Positions 12,501 to 23,989 are shown, counted from the stretch's first letter. The stretch: 64,000 bases of DNA from Candidatus Poribacteria bacterium (GCA_046582655.1 JAYGDX010000279.1:16007-80006), one strand, 5' to 3'. Notes: generated by a model not told the origin, from the sequence alone. Numbers and translations are program-made.

Positions 12501-13070
12501 CTGCCAAGGTCTCCAATTCCACCATGTAGCTGCCTTGGTCTCCAAAAGTATATGTCAGTTTGGCCGTTAACAAAAACTGGGCCACGTTGCGTAATTCTGC
12601 CTTTGAAGGCCGTCACTTGATATGGGGAGTGTATCTGCGCTGTTCCATACCCATTCTGGCCCCACCGACTTAAACGCCATAATAGGCGTGGGAACTTCCT
12701 CTGGTTTCCTGCCTGTTGAGTCTTCCCACTGGCCTATTGGGACCCTGACTGCAAGACCACTCGTGCCTAGTTCGGCTATAGAATCATCGATGAAGTTCAC
12801 AAAGATGTCAGCTTTGGAGTCTTCAGGCACACGTATAAGCGTCCAGTATCGGCGTACGTAAGCAGGGAGGTTGACGACGAAGTGGACGTATCCTTTATGG
12901 CTCTTTGGTTGTTCTGGCACGAACTGGGCAGCTAGCACTATGCCATCATCTTGGCGGACGGCAAGTGGTAAATTCACAAGTTCTGCTGGCAGTTCGCAAT
13001 GGTATGAAATTCGTTCTGAATTCCAATCTTCACCCAAATGCTCTTCTAGTATCCATGTTATTTCTTTCAT
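9564..13070 (-). pseudogene. Fragmented ~1150 aa protein, heparinase II/III-like polysaccharide-lyase-type
   Basis: About 10 consecutive minus-strand ORF fragments in alternating frames join into one plausible protein; C-terminal WQRRMLFVKD..PNYFLFQD resembles Hepar_II_III-like domains; start may extend to 13187. Confidence 0.7.
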
Positions 13071-13742
13071 GGATTTATTTCCTTCTTTTACATCAATAGA
13101 TTGTGTGTGCTCTAAGCAGAGGAAAAGCAAAGCTATCAAAGATATTTTCAGTGAATCTACTACGCCAATTTTTGTGGTTTTGAACATTCCTGTGCATCTC
13201 AAGTTGAAAGGCAATAGAAACTTTTCTCAGGATCCGATCATACCAAAATCTATATGAGTTTTCCATCTACTCTCAATCACATTCTGTATCTACAAGCCGC
13301 CACCTTTACTTGTACTTGCTTTCTGTCATCAGGACACAAAAAACCGTGAGAGTTGAAATCGTAATGACGGTTTGCTAAATTATAACCTCAACAATCTAAA
13401 GATTGAGAATCGTAAATACAAATAATAACATCAATTCCAAAATTATAATTGTTGACAACGCTGGTGGTATGAAAGCATATGTGCCAAGGTTCAGAGACAA
13501 ACAACTATTTCCTAAGGAAATGATACAAATAACACTGACTCAGGGGCAGCTAATTTTTTTTGATACCTACGGTTACTTGGTAATCCCTTAATTATTTTCT
13601 CCGGCTGAAATTGAGAAAATAATTGAAGAATTTTACCGGTCAATTCAAAATTGTGGTGGTGGCAAGAATCATGGCGGCTCAAGCCGTACCATGTTCTTAG
13701 ATCCCATTGAACATATTGTTTGAAAGAGGGAGAGTTGAAGAC

Positions 13743-15602
13743 ATGACTTCGACAGAACGAACAGGGATAAAAACGATCATGGCTCAGGAGCGTAAGGTTC
13801 CACCCAGATGGGCCACGTGGCAACGCGAGTTGATCTCATTGATGAACCGGACAGCGACACTATTTGCTGATCGCTATACACGTTCGGACGGAACTCTGAA
13901 GTGGCGTGAATCTTGGACGGGTATGGATGGCACTGATAACGGATACGAGATTTTTCTTCCTTATCCCCTCTTTTATCTTTTGGGAGGTGGTGACCATGTC
14001 CATCAGTTGGCACAGAAGGAGTGGGATGCTATAACTTGGCAGTTCACCAGCTACGGTACTATAGACCGAGAGTTTGTTGGTTATTTTGACTGGTTCCATC
14101 ACAGTGAAAGCTATACCTACCTCTTTTATTTAGGATTGGCTGATCCCTACCACTATATTAACTGGAAGCGGGCACTTAATTTCGCTGCTATGTATATCGG
14201 AGAAGATCCGCTGGCTCCCAACTGGGACGCTGAACGAAAGATGATTCGTTCCCCAATCAATGGCAGTAAGGGACCAGCAACAAAACTGACTGCTGAGGAC
14301 TGGACCAACCACCGCCCAGTTTTAGCTGAATATTTAGTTCCGTATGAAGATCTGCCCGGATTGAACACCACCGATCCATTTGTCAAAGTGGACTGGAACA
14401 ACGATGAGACATTTGCTAAGGTGTTAAAACAAATCAACGAACGTATGGTTCAAGGTGATGTGCCCTTAAATTTGAGCGCTACCACCTTAGTTACCCACGC
14501 CTATCTCTACACTGGTGAGGATAGATATAAGCAGTGGGTGCTGGACTATTTGCAGGCTTGGTCAGACCGCAGGAACCAGAACAATGGCATTATGCCAGAC
14601 AACATCGGTCCGACTGGCAAAATTGGCGAGCTAATGAACGGCAAATGGTGGGGCGGATACTATGGCTGGCGTTGGCCGCACGGTGCCAAGAACATCCTAG
14701 AGCCTGCGTTAGTGGCTGGATGCAATGCCGTCTTGCTCACCGGTGATTCCTCATGGTTGGATTTGCATCGTTCCCAAGTTGATTTAATCTGGTCTTTGCG
14801 CCGACAGGTGAACGGGCAACTTGAACTCCCAAACCGGCACGGTGATCAGGGTTGGTTTGACTACCAGAGGCTTGACCCACACCATTATATCTTGCATCAC
14901 TGTATTCACCAATACTATATCAGCCAGAGCGAAGAGGATCTCGCACAGTTGAACAAGATTTTTCCAACGCGTGATGGATTTAATCAGTTGCGGGCAAACT
15001 GGCCAGCTTTCAAAGCAGGTATCTGTCCCCCAAACGCCTGGTTCGCCTTTACCGAAGGAGGAAACCCAGACTTTCCAGAAACCATCCTGCAAGAGACGTT
15101 CGATGGTGTTTACCAAGCTTTAGAGCGAATCGAGAAGGACGAGGCGGACCCCAACGACGTGATTTGTAACTATTACCATAGTTTGATTCCAGTCGTGCCT
15201 GAAGGGTTGATTCAAATGACTATGGGAACACCTGCAGCTGTTTACAACGGTGGGCTGCTTCATACTCGGGTCAGCTACTTTGATCCCCATCGACATCGCC
15301 CAGGTTTGCCTGAGCATGTGGCGGCTCTAGTCGATAAGATTACACTGGACAGCATCAATCTGACGTTGGTCAATACCGATCCGGTGGAGTGTCATTCAGT
15401 ATTGGTTCAGTCCGGTATGTTCAGGGAACATGAGTTTACTTGGGTCAGATCTCAAGGAGGGAATCAGGCAGATATTGACGGGCAAGTGTTTCAGGTGGAT
15501 CTAGGACCGTCTGCTCAGGTGCGATTGGAGATCGGGATGAAACGGTTTGTTCATCAACCAGCCTATAGATTTCCTGATAAGTTTCATTCAATCGGTTCGT
15601 AG
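13743..15602 (+). CDS. Conserved hypothetical protein, probable alpha-helical toroid enzyme (possibly linalool dehydratase/isomerase-like)
   Basis: Intact ~620 aa ORF with GGGAG RBS; aromatic-rich motifs DGTDNGYE, YFDWFHHSE, IMPDNIGPTG, WWGGYYGWRWPHG; family call tentative. Confidence 0.6.
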   Translation: MTSTERTGIKTIMAQERKVPPRWATWQRELISLMNRTATLFADRYTRSDGTLKWRESWTGMDGTDNGYEIFLPYPLFYLLGGGDHVHQLAQKEWDAITWQFTSYGTIDREFVGYFDWFHHSESYTYLFYLGLADPYHYINWKRALNFAAMYIGEDPLAPNWDAERKMIRSPINGSKGPATKLTAEDWTNHRPVLAEYLVPYEDLPGLNTTDPFVKVDWNNDETFAKVLKQINERMVQGDVPLNLSATTLVTHAYLYTGEDRYKQWVLDYLQAWSDRRNQNNGIMPDNIGPTGKIGELMNGKWWGGYYGWRWPHGAKNILEPALVAGCNAVLLTGDSSWLDLHRSQVDLIWSLRRQVNGQLELPNRHGDQGWFDYQRLDPHHYILHHCIHQYYISQSEEDLAQLNKIFPTRDGFNQLRANWPAFKAGICPPNAWFAFTEGGNPDFPETILQETFDGVYQALERIEKDEADPNDVICNYYHSLIPVVPEGLIQMTMGTPAAVYNGGLLHTRVSYFDPHRHRPGLPEHVAALVDKITLDSINLTLVNTDPVECHSVLVQSGMFREHEFTWVRSQGGNQADIDGQVFQVDLGPSAQVRLEIGMKRFVHQPAYRFPDKFHSIGS

Positions 15603-15668
15603 TGGTTAGAATTCTTTGACAATCGGCCCCATACTATATAATCCTTTGGGTTTGTAGAAATGAAACAA

Positions 15669-16613
15669 CTAAGCTGTATTTTCGGTGCGGAAATACAAAT
15701 AAAAAGCGCCGGCTGAAAAAGCCGTCAGGATATGCCATGCGGCGTGTGCTTGTACTAGGATTGTAGGGTTGCACCACGCATGCCTTCGATCTCCGATATG
15801 CCATATAATGAAGGCTACAACAAAAAACGTATTGCCAACCCAAAACCAAGGCAGATATCTTCTCTTGATGTCTCGGTTGTTCCAGGAGATGGGAATGGCC
15901 GCTAGGCAAACCCATAAAATAAGAGTGTAACTTGGCCCTCTTAATGAAATGTCAAGCAAGGCGGGAATTAGCATGTAAAATCGAGGTGAATTGGGGAAGC
16001 AGATTGCCAGTTCAGTCACAATCCAGAATCCGATAAAGGTTCCAAAAAAGTCGTGGCGGAACCCAAGATCGAGGAAAGTTGTCATGGCCATGTTAGTAGC
16101 GATTGCTATATTAGTGGTCAGATATACAATTGAAAATGTTTTCTTTGACCATTTAAACGCTCTGGCTAAGTTGTAGCAAACTGGAAATGTGATATAGCAT
16201 ACCATGCTGACACGATCTATCCAGCCTCCCCAGTCGGTGTGGGTTGCATGCATAGCCATGCTGCCGGGACCAAGGAAGATAACGGCAATACCATAAAACT
16301 GTGCATATAAGTCGCGCCCGATAATTGGATTATTTTCTGGCTGACTTGTCCGATTTTCATCCCTGCCGATCTGAATCAGGATCAGCAGTCCAACGACAAT
16401 AAAACCAAGATTGGAGAAGGTATTGATAGGTTCTCGGATTAACCCCGGTCGAGTCATTTCACACCATCGAGATGGTTTGCCAATTCCTCTGGTTGATTGT
16501 TCTCCCCAGCCATCTTTACCGTGGTATGCAGCAATAAAAAAAATGGAAATTAAGATAATAATGGCGATAAAAAACTCGCCATACTTAAAATGAAATGGAC
16601 GTGAATTTTGCAT
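15669..16613 (-). CDS. Ceramidase-domain (CREST superfamily) membrane hydrolase
   Basis: WCE, NTFSNL, GSMAMHAT, D..SM and HAAWH motifs in a multi-pass membrane protein. Confidence 0.85.
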   Translation of the reverse strand: MQNSRPFHFKYGEFFIAIIILISIFFIAAYHGKDGWGEQSTRGIGKPSRWCEMTRPGLIREPINTFSNLGFIVVGLLILIQIGRDENRTSQPENNPIIGRDLYAQFYGIAVIFLGPGSMAMHATHTDWGGWIDRVSMVCYITFPVCYNLARAFKWSKKTFSIVYLTTNIAIATNMAMTTFLDLGFRHDFFGTFIGFWIVTELAICFPNSPRFYMLIPALLDISLRGPSYTLILWVCLAAIPISWNNRDIKRRYLPWFWVGNTFFVVAFIIWHIGDRRHAWCNPTILVQAHAAWHILTAFSAGAFYLYFRTENTA

Positions 16614-16661
16614 AAGTGATGGTTATAAAACAGAGGGAATCATGTGCGTTGACTTACGTCT

Positions 16662-18314
16662 CTATCTTTCCTTACGACGTTGTTCATCTTCTTCCAAGGC
16701 AACTCGGCGCCCCTCGTTAACATCTACAAATTTTAGGATCAGAGTGCCTACTAGAATAATTGCTAGGATGGCTAAGATGCCAACTCGCCGATCAAATATC
16801 CGTGCCGTAATACCGAACAAAAGCGGTCCGATGACGGATGCGGCCTTGCCAATAAATCCAAAGAACCCGAAAAACTCCCCACTACGAGTTTCAGGCATAA
16901 TGGTGGCAAATAGGCTTCGGGCAAGTGCTTGACTGCCACCCATCGCGAAGCCCACAAATATACCGAGTAATAGAAACTGTAAGCCAGAGGAAAGTCGCAG
17001 TGGTTGCCAAACATAGGTACGTAAAGTGGATGGAATAAAGTCAATCAGCCCATCTCCGATTTGGCTGGGGTGATCATTCCCTATGGTTGACCCTGCAAGT
17101 TCACCGTTCGTAATGTGGATAGAAAATCGTGATTGTGTGGTGGACTCCCTCAACAGTTGAGCTTGACTGATTGTCAAGATATCATCTGTATTCCATTTTC
17201 CGACTTTAACTTGCCAATCTGCGTCTGCTCCTTCATTTTTAAGATTCGGAACTTTAATGGCAATGTAGCCTGTTTCTCTCCACTCTAATCGGTAATCGTG
17301 TTCAGCCGGATCGACGGGGGGCAGTGCCGACATGCCAATGGCAAGCAGGACGACCAACATCCAGATAAACAAAGTAATGAATAATGTTGGCTTGGTTCCA
17401 ATTTTTTCAGCGATTTTACTGAACATGATTGCGCTTGGCGCGCCCACGAACTGTAATATGAGTATCGTTCCCATCTGAAAAGTCAGGGAAACCCCTAATG
17501 TTATAGCTGCATAAACCCCAGCTACGGAGAGTACGGTTTGAATTCCATCGTTAAATAAAAGGAAAGCTAAAAGGTAGGTAAAAAGCACTTTGAATTTCTG
17601 AATATCCTGTGCCGTTTGCCAAAGTTCACCGAAGGCCATCTTAATAGTTGATCCTGCACTGGGGTTACTAGCAGTATTGATGGGATTGGGTTCAGGAACC
17701 ATGGTGAAGGTCAATAATCCCCAACCAAACCACCAGATACCTACCGAAGCTAGTGAGAGACGAATCACTAACGGATTGTTCCCAGATATGGTAATAACAA
17801 TGAGATGAATGAGCAACAATAACCCACCACCAACGTAGCCGTAAGCAAACCCTTTGCTGCTTACGTTATCGTATTGATCTTCGTCAACAATCGATGGTAG
17901 AAGCGAGTTATAAAAGACATTTCCACCTGCGAATCCGATATTGGCAAGCATGTAGAGACCAAGTAACCACATCCAGTCGTATCCTGGGAGCCAAACTGCA
18001 GCAAATAGGAAAATGGTACAAAGAGATCCGGCGAAGGCATATATTTTGAGGAACTTCATCTTTAATGATAGGTGGTCGGCTATTATACCTAATGGGGGAC
18101 TTGATAAGGCGACGATTGCGGTGGCAAAGCTTACGCCAAATGCCCATAGAGATTCTCCTGACCATCCCCGCCATCCAGCTGATCCGTGGCTGGCGATGAA
18201 CAAAGCGGCAAAATAAGCAGGAAGGATTGCCGTGGTAATACTTGTGGCAAAAGCAGAATTTGCCCAATCATACATGCACCAGCCAAATATTATTTTTTTA
18301 TCGTTTTTTTTCAT
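16662..18314 (-). CDS. MFS transporter, UMF1/Atg22-like family
   Basis: WCMYDWANSAF, VFYNSLLP, VSSKGFAYGYVGG, FNDGIQT, GGSQALARSLF, EFFGFF. Confidence 0.92.
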   Translation of the reverse strand: MKKNDKKIIFGWCMYDWANSAFATSITTAILPAYFAALFIASHGSAGWRGWSGESLWAFGVSFATAIVALSSPPLGIIADHLSLKMKFLKIYAFAGSLCTIFLFAAVWLPGYDWMWLLGLYMLANIGFAGGNVFYNSLLPSIVDEDQYDNVSSKGFAYGYVGGGLLLLIHLIVITISGNNPLVIRLSLASVGIWWFGWGLLTFTMVPEPNPINTASNPSAGSTIKMAFGELWQTAQDIQKFKVLFTYLLAFLLFNDGIQTVLSVAGVYAAITLGVSLTFQMGTILILQFVGAPSAIMFSKIAEKIGTKPTLFITLFIWMLVVLLAIGMSALPPVDPAEHDYRLEWRETGYIAIKVPNLKNEGADADWQVKVGKWNTDDILTISQAQLLRESTTQSRFSIHITNGELAGSTIGNDHPSQIGDGLIDFIPSTLRTYVWQPLRLSSGLQFLLLGIFVGFAMGGSQALARSLFATIMPETRSGEFFGFFGFIGKAASVIGPLLFGITARIFDRRVGILAILAIILVGTLILKFVDVNEGRRVALEEDEQRRKER

Positions 18315-18605
18315 TAGTTGCCTCTCGTCTTACCTGAAAAATTATTTTCTATTTAGTCAAACGACAAGTATTATCATACATGAATTCTTTATAACTGTAG
18401 GTTTGTTCATAGTAAAAGATTCAATTGATTGTCTGCCTGCTTCTGGTAATTTTGGTTTGACGTGTTCTTCGTTTAATGAAGCAAAATCGTTGCCCTTAAC
18501 CTTTATACTATTATACATACATGTGTCCAGATGGATGTGAGCGAAGCAATTCCAGACTTTATGTTTCAGGTTGTGTCGTGTTTATGACATAGATCAGGTA
18601 GATTA

Positions 18606-20981
18606 CTAGCCCGCGTTCAAGTGGTACGTTTCGCCCGCAATGGTATCGAATTCTATGAGCAGCGGTTCAACGACTTTTGTCTCAACGCGATTGCCACTGA
18701 CATCCACTTGTTGCACAGGTAATCTCGTTCGGATTATACATGGGTTTCCCAAGCAGGAGTGAATCATGGCTTGGGAGAGCTGACCATTTGTCCAGTTGAT
18801 GTTTACTTCAAACCCACCACGGGCTTTTAAACCTGTAACATGACCGGTCGGCCAAGCTGATGGCAGCGCGGGTAGCAGGCTGAGTTCTCCCGCATGACTT
18901 TGTAAAAGCATTTCAGCTATACCTGCCGTACCACCGAAATTTCCGTCAATTTGGAATGGAGGGTGATCGTCAAACAAATTGGTCAAGGTAGAGTTTGCCA
19001 ATAATGCCTGAATGTTCTCGTGCGCTTTATTACCATCCTCAAGACGTGCCCAGAAGTTAATGATCCAAGCTCGGCTCCAGCCTGTATGACCACCGTCGTT
19101 TGCTAAACGCCTTTCAAGTGAGGCACGGGCAGCTCTTGCTAGTTCGGGGGTGCCGCGGAGTGAGATTTGTTTGCCGGGATGTAAGGCGAACAGATGCGAC
19201 ATATGTCGGTGCCCAGGTTCCGGTTCATCGTAGTCCTCCAGCCATTCCTGCAGTTGACCGTGCTTTCCAATCTGTAATGGTGCTAGCCGAGCGCGATAAT
19301 CTTCCAGTTTTAAACGGAACTCATTATCCTTATTCAATATATGACAAGCTTCAATGCAGTGAGAGAATAGATCCCAGAGAATTTGCATATCCATCGATGG
19401 TCCCATACAGATGTTAGCGACTTGACCATCACTGGTGCGAAAACTGTTTTCTGGCGAATTGGATGGACTGGTGACTAACCAACCGTGTACTGGTTCCTCT
19501 ACCAGAAAATCAAGATAGAATTCGACTGACTCTTTAATAATAGGATATGCCCAAGCTAGGAAATCGCGGTCACCATTAAAATGATAGTGTTCCCAGAGAT
19601 GCTGGCAGAGCCATGCCCCGGCAGCTGTGAATTGTCCCCAGGAAGGATGTTCGCCTGGAGAAGTAAATCCCCAGATATTTGAAATGGTATGTACTACCCA
19701 ACCTGAAGCACCGTAATGGGCTTGCGCTGTCCTTCTGCCTGGTTCACGGAGCGAATCGATGAACTTCAGAAAAGGTTGATGACATTCTGCCAAGTTACAA
19801 ACTTCTGCTGGCCAGTAGTTCATCTGGTCATTGATATTGTGGTGGTAATCGCTGTTCCATGGGGCTTTAAAATCGTCACACCAAATACCTTGCAGATTAG
19901 CTGGAAGTGTCCCCGGTCGAGAACTGGAAATTAAGAGATAGCGACCAAACTGGAAATACAAGGACATCAGATGAGGATCGTCCTGACCCTCCTTAATAAT
20001 TTTCAGTCTTTCATCTGTCGGTAGATTGGCAATTTCGGTGGAACCAAGATCAATAGAGACACGGCGGAAGAACTTCTGGTAGTCGTTGACATGGGCTTCG
20101 CGAAGTTCAGAGTAACGTTTTTTTGATGCTTGTTCCAGATATGTTGTGCAAAGTGTTTGTGGATCTTTTTCCCAGTAATCGGTTGCTGCCGCCAGTAACA
20201 AGGTAACAGTGTCTGCCTGTTGGACTGAAAGTCCTTGATCTATAAGTTTGACTTTACCACCTTCGTTTATGATCTGTAGACCGGCCTGAAACGCCATTCC
20301 ACTGTTTTTCCAAGCTTGTCCGCTAAGTATGAGACAATGATCAGAAATGGCAGTAGCTTCAATGAATTCTTCCTGCTTTTGGTCTGGTAAGGAGACAATA
20401 GTACCGGAATTACTCTTCCATTGCCCTGTGCCTCTTGACAATCGAACATCAAAAGAGATTTTACCTGGATTGTTGCAGGTTAGATGTACTACTAGAACTT
20501 GATCTGGCCAACTGGACAGTATTTCACGTTTAAACTGATCATTCCCGATATGATACCTTACACTAGCAATTGCTGTTTCTAGATTCAGGTCTCGGTAATA
20601 ATCGGTTGGTGGAGACGTGTGGCCGGCGAAAGCAAGCTGGATATCTCCGAGTGTTTGGTAAGAACCGTAAGTTTCATCAGCGGATCCACCTCCCTGGCAA
20701 ACCATCGTTTTAAATGCCAGATTCTGAGCTTCGGTAAATTTGCCAGCCGATAAAAGATCGCGTGCGTTATCAAGGTTACAAAACGCTTCAGGATTATCTG
20801 CGTCTTGTGGGCCACCTGACCAGAGACTATCTTCGTTGAGTTGAATACGTTCATGTTTTACCTCGCCAAATACCATTCCTCCCAACCTACCATTGCCAAT
20901 AGGGATCGCTTCAGTCCATATTTGTGCCGGTTGCCGATAATGCAAGATCAACCTCTTTTTTGTGAAGTTTGTCTCTGTCAT
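18606..20981 (-). CDS. GH95 alpha-L-fucosidase
   Basis: [64 protein letters not shown] 20981 after AAGGA. Confidence 0.95.
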   Translation of the reverse strand: MTETNFTKKRLILHYRQPAQIWTEAIPIGNGRLGGMVFGEVKHERIQLNEDSLWSGGPQDADNPEAFCNLDNARDLLSAGKFTEAQNLAFKTMVCQGGGSADETYGSYQTLGDIQLAFAGHTSPPTDYYRDLNLETAIASVRYHIGNDQFKREILSSWPDQVLVVHLTCNNPGKISFDVRLSRGTGQWKSNSGTIVSLPDQKQEEFIEATAISDHCLILSGQAWKNSGMAFQAGLQIINEGGKVKLIDQGLSVQQADTVTLLLAAATDYWEKDPQTLCTTYLEQASKKRYSELREAHVNDYQKFFRRVSIDLGSTEIANLPTDERLKIIKEGQDDPHLMSLYFQFGRYLLISSSRPGTLPANLQGIWCDDFKAPWNSDYHHNINDQMNYWPAEVCNLAECHQPFLKFIDSLREPGRRTAQAHYGASGWVVHTISNIWGFTSPGEHPSWGQFTAAGAWLCQHLWEHYHFNGDRDFLAWAYPIIKESVEFYLDFLVEEPVHGWLVTSPSNSPENSFRTSDGQVANICMGPSMDMQILWDLFSHCIEACHILNKDNEFRLKLEDYRARLAPLQIGKHGQLQEWLEDYDEPEPGHRHMSHLFALHPGKQISLRGTPELARAARASLERRLANDGGHTGWSRAWIINFWARLEDGNKAHENIQALLANSTLTNLFDDHPPFQIDGNFGGTAGIAEMLLQSHAGELSLLPALPSAWPTGHVTGLKARGGFEVNINWTNGQLSQAMIHSCLGNPCIIRTRLPVQQVDVSGNRVETKVVEPLLIEFDTIAGETYHLNAG

Positions 20982-21080
20982 GTTGTTGGTCCTTATTGTT
21001 TTGTATTCCAAGGGGTTGTTATTATTAGTCCCTCTTTGGCTATATGATTATGATTTTTCTCTTTGATGAGCAATGGGTTG

Positions 21081-21668
21081 TTAGGCATAGATTCTTTTTA
21101 GAATTGAGTCACCTAACTCGGATCGAATCATGTCGGTCTGATCTGGCAATACAGGTAATTTTAACTTCTTAAATAGGTTATCCCACCGTTTTGAATGATC
21201 TGTGTCTACAAAAAGCGGCACAAAACTGAGATTCAAGTATGTTTTTACAGCTGGTATTCGAAAATCATCCGTTTCTAAGATAACACACTTAAAACTGTGA
21301 TCACAAAAATAATGCATTACAGCTAAGGAAACCCATTTGCCGAGACGGCGACCGGAATGATCTGGCTTAACACCCACCATGTGAAGATAACCAATTTCTG
21401 TTTCATTTGTATCCCTTTTCCATGCGCAGGCTGTGCCGATGGGTTGATCGTCCTGCGTGATGAAAAATAATCCATCAGGAGAAAATTGAGGACAATCGAT
21501 GATCTGGCTGTATGTGTCTTTAACAGTACGATTACCACCGAACGAAGAGTTGATTATCTCCGCCCAATGTGCATCATCTCCTTCTTGATAGGTTCGTAGC
21601 TTATAATTGTCAGGAATTTCAATAATTGGCAGACTTGCTAGATTGAGACGAAGCATTCTAAGTTGCAT
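21081..21668 (-). CDS. GNAT family N-acetyltransferase
   Basis: VGVKPDHSGRRLGK acetyl-CoA motif A; LETDDFRIPAVKTYLNLSF. Confidence 0.88.
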   Translation of the reverse strand: MQLRMLRLNLASLPIIEIPDNYKLRTYQEGDDAHWAEIINSSFGGNRTVKDTYSQIIDCPQFSPDGLFFITQDDQPIGTACAWKRDTNETEIGYLHMVGVKPDHSGRRLGKWVSLAVMHYFCDHSFKCVILETDDFRIPAVKTYLNLSFVPLFVDTDHSKRWDNLFKKLKLPVLPDQTDMIRSELGDSILKRIYA

Positions 21669-21851
21669 ATTGTATCTCTTTGTATTATTGAGGATTTTGT
21701 CTGATGTTTGCGACGAATACTTATGTAACCAAATTTCTCAATTTAGGATAAAACACCCTCTTTTCAAAATAGTTAAGAATATGATATAATATTGAAATAG
21801 TGGTAAAGAAGACAACTCATTATATTTTTAATTAGGTGGCGGTATTCTACT

Positions 21852-22376
21852 ATGCCAATTGAAATGTCGATTCAACAAGCCGCTGAATATTTTAATGTTA
21901 GTGCTCAGACGGTTCGTCGTAGGCTTAACACAGGCCAATTGTTAGGCAAAAAAGTCAAAGGCCGTTGGGTTATAAAAGTTGATACCTCGGTTCCTCCTCT
22001 AGATGAAAGGGAACAAGGCAGAGAAGATTCCGCACAGGATATTGATGAAGTGAGTACTGATTCCATTTTAAAATTACAGCAAGAGATTCAGCGACTAATT
22101 GTACAGTTTCAGAATGAGAAAACAAGACTTATTAACCAACAGAAGCAGGAGGGGGAGGAAAATGCAAAATTTATTGCCCAAGTTGAAGCCGAAAATAAGG
22201 GTTTGCGTGGCCAACTAGAGAGGACAGAAATTGCGCAAACCAGATTCGAGGCAGTCGTCTTAGAGTTGAAGGAACAAATCGATCAAGTAAAACTTAAACT
22301 GGATTATATTAGTCCTGATAAGATGACCTCGCGACAGCAGAAACAGATCTTGAAATCGAATATTTTTAAAATTTAG
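21852..22376 (+). CDS. Excisionase/MerR-like HTH protein with coiled-coil C-terminus
   Basis: SIQQAAEYFNVSAQTVRRRLNTGQLLGKKVKGRWVI followed by a Q/E/K-rich heptad region. Confidence 0.8.
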   Translation: MPIEMSIQQAAEYFNVSAQTVRRRLNTGQLLGKKVKGRWVIKVDTSVPPLDEREQGREDSAQDIDEVSTDSILKLQQEIQRLIVQFQNEKTRLINQQKQEGEENAKFIAQVEAENKGLRGQLERTEIAQTRFEAVVLELKEQIDQVKLKLDYISPDKMTSRQQKQILKSNIFKI

Positions 22377-22694
22377 GAGAGCATTTCATTGCATGATACT
22401 CTAAGTCGAATTCTGATTTTTCATTTATGGAGTCTACTACCTCTTCTTGTAGAATATAAATTCCATTTTTTGTATTGTTCCTGCCGCACAGTCTGAAACT
22501 AATGCTCCCTATATCCTAATTAGATTTGCCATGCTGCTGTAAACATATGGCAAAATCATCATCTTTTTTTAATATATTAATTAGGTTTCCTCCAGTTTGA
22601 ACTTCCTAATCAACCATCCAATACAGGATTATATCTATTATTAAGATAATATCTCTTCAGCATTTTTCGTCAGATTTCTTGCTGTTAAGTATAT

Positions 22695-22713
22695 TGTTTA
22701 AACCGGTTAAACA
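22695..22713. promoter_or_regulatory. Near-perfect palindrome, candidate LacI-family operator
   Basis: TGTTTAAACCGGTTAAACA, ~170 bp upstream of the aldo/keto reductase. Confidence 0.35.
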
Positions 22714-22884
22714 GATTAAGTTGAATCTTATGTGGTAATTATTAGCTTAGTTGATAATTTAAGATATAATTAGGATTCGGTACACTTGAGTTTGCCAACG
22801 CCATTCTTAACATATTATTATAACCATATACAGATACATGATTATAGTTGTATAACTAACTGCGATTAGGTTCAGGAGACAAAA

Positions 22885-23814
22885 ATGTTATACCGTGAAT
22901 TTGGTAGAACTGGATGGGAAATTTCAGCGATTGGTCTTGGAACTTGGAATATCGGTAACCAGTGGGGAGAAATGGAAGATTCTACCGCGCACGATATTGT
23001 TAAAACAGCATTTGATCATGGAATGAACCTGTTTGATGCTGCCGAATCTTATGGGATTCCCAACGGACTCAGTGAAATCAGACTTGGTCAGGCACTCAAA
23101 GGAATTCGGGATCAAGTCCATATAGTTAGCAAGGTAGGAAATTGGGGGAAAAGAACTGGGCAAGGCGTTCCTAAAACGACGGTAGATATGATTCGGGTTT
23201 GTGGACACGCATGCCTTGGACGATTACGAACCGACTGGATTGATGTCTTGTTATGTCATGAAGGTGATATTCAAGACCCTTCTGTATATATTGCTGGATT
23301 TGAAGCTCTCCGGGAAGAAGGATTCATCCGTGAATATGGTATTTCGACAAATGACCTTCAGGTTCTGAAGAATTTCCACTCAACCTCGGACGGAAAATGT
23401 GCCGTTGTTGAAGTAGACTATTCGTTGATCAACCGTTCTGCGGAGGAAGGATTCCTGCCATTCTGTCAGGAAAATCAAATTGGGATTCTGATTCGGGGAC
23501 CTGTGGCAATGGGAATCTTAGCCGATAAATATGATGCCGATACCGTGTTTATGGATGCAGTACGTCATAAATGGAATCAGGGTGAGTCGGCTCGGGCGGA
23601 ATATGAAGAGAAGTTGGCTAGACTGGATCGAGTAAAGACCATTGCTAATCCTGATCGAGATTTAGTGACAACGGGTCTTCGATACGTAATTTCTCACTCC
23701 GCCGAACCTGTTGCTATTCCGGGAGCAACATCAGTTAACCAGGTTAGGATAAACGCAGAAGCGGGTGTTTCTCTATTGCTTGATGATGAGTTGAATCGAT
23801 TGAAAGTACTGTAA
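22885..23814 (+). CDS. Aldo/keto reductase
   Basis: YREFGRTG..SAIGLGTW, FDAAESYG, SKVG, RLRTDWID, IPGATS. Confidence 0.93.
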   Translation: MLYREFGRTGWEISAIGLGTWNIGNQWGEMEDSTAHDIVKTAFDHGMNLFDAAESYGIPNGLSEIRLGQALKGIRDQVHIVSKVGNWGKRTGQGVPKTTVDMIRVCGHACLGRLRTDWIDVLLCHEGDIQDPSVYIAGFEALREEGFIREYGISTNDLQVLKNFHSTSDGKCAVVEVDYSLINRSAEEGFLPFCQENQIGILIRGPVAMGILADKYDADTVFMDAVRHKWNQGESARAEYEEKLARLDRVKTIANPDRDLVTTGLRYVISHSAEPVAIPGATSVNQVRINAEAGVSLLLDDELNRLKVL

Positions 23815-23989
23815 GTAGGTGATGATTCTTTCTTCAGCAGCACCTATTCGTTAATTTCACATCGTGCTAAACTCCGATTGCTTTGATTAGGCTGTATTCC
23901 TCAACTGATATCGGATTATCCCATGAAACAATAGCGTTATAATATTTGCCGGATTTCACCAAATCTAACTCAAGTTTACCAAGAAGTCG

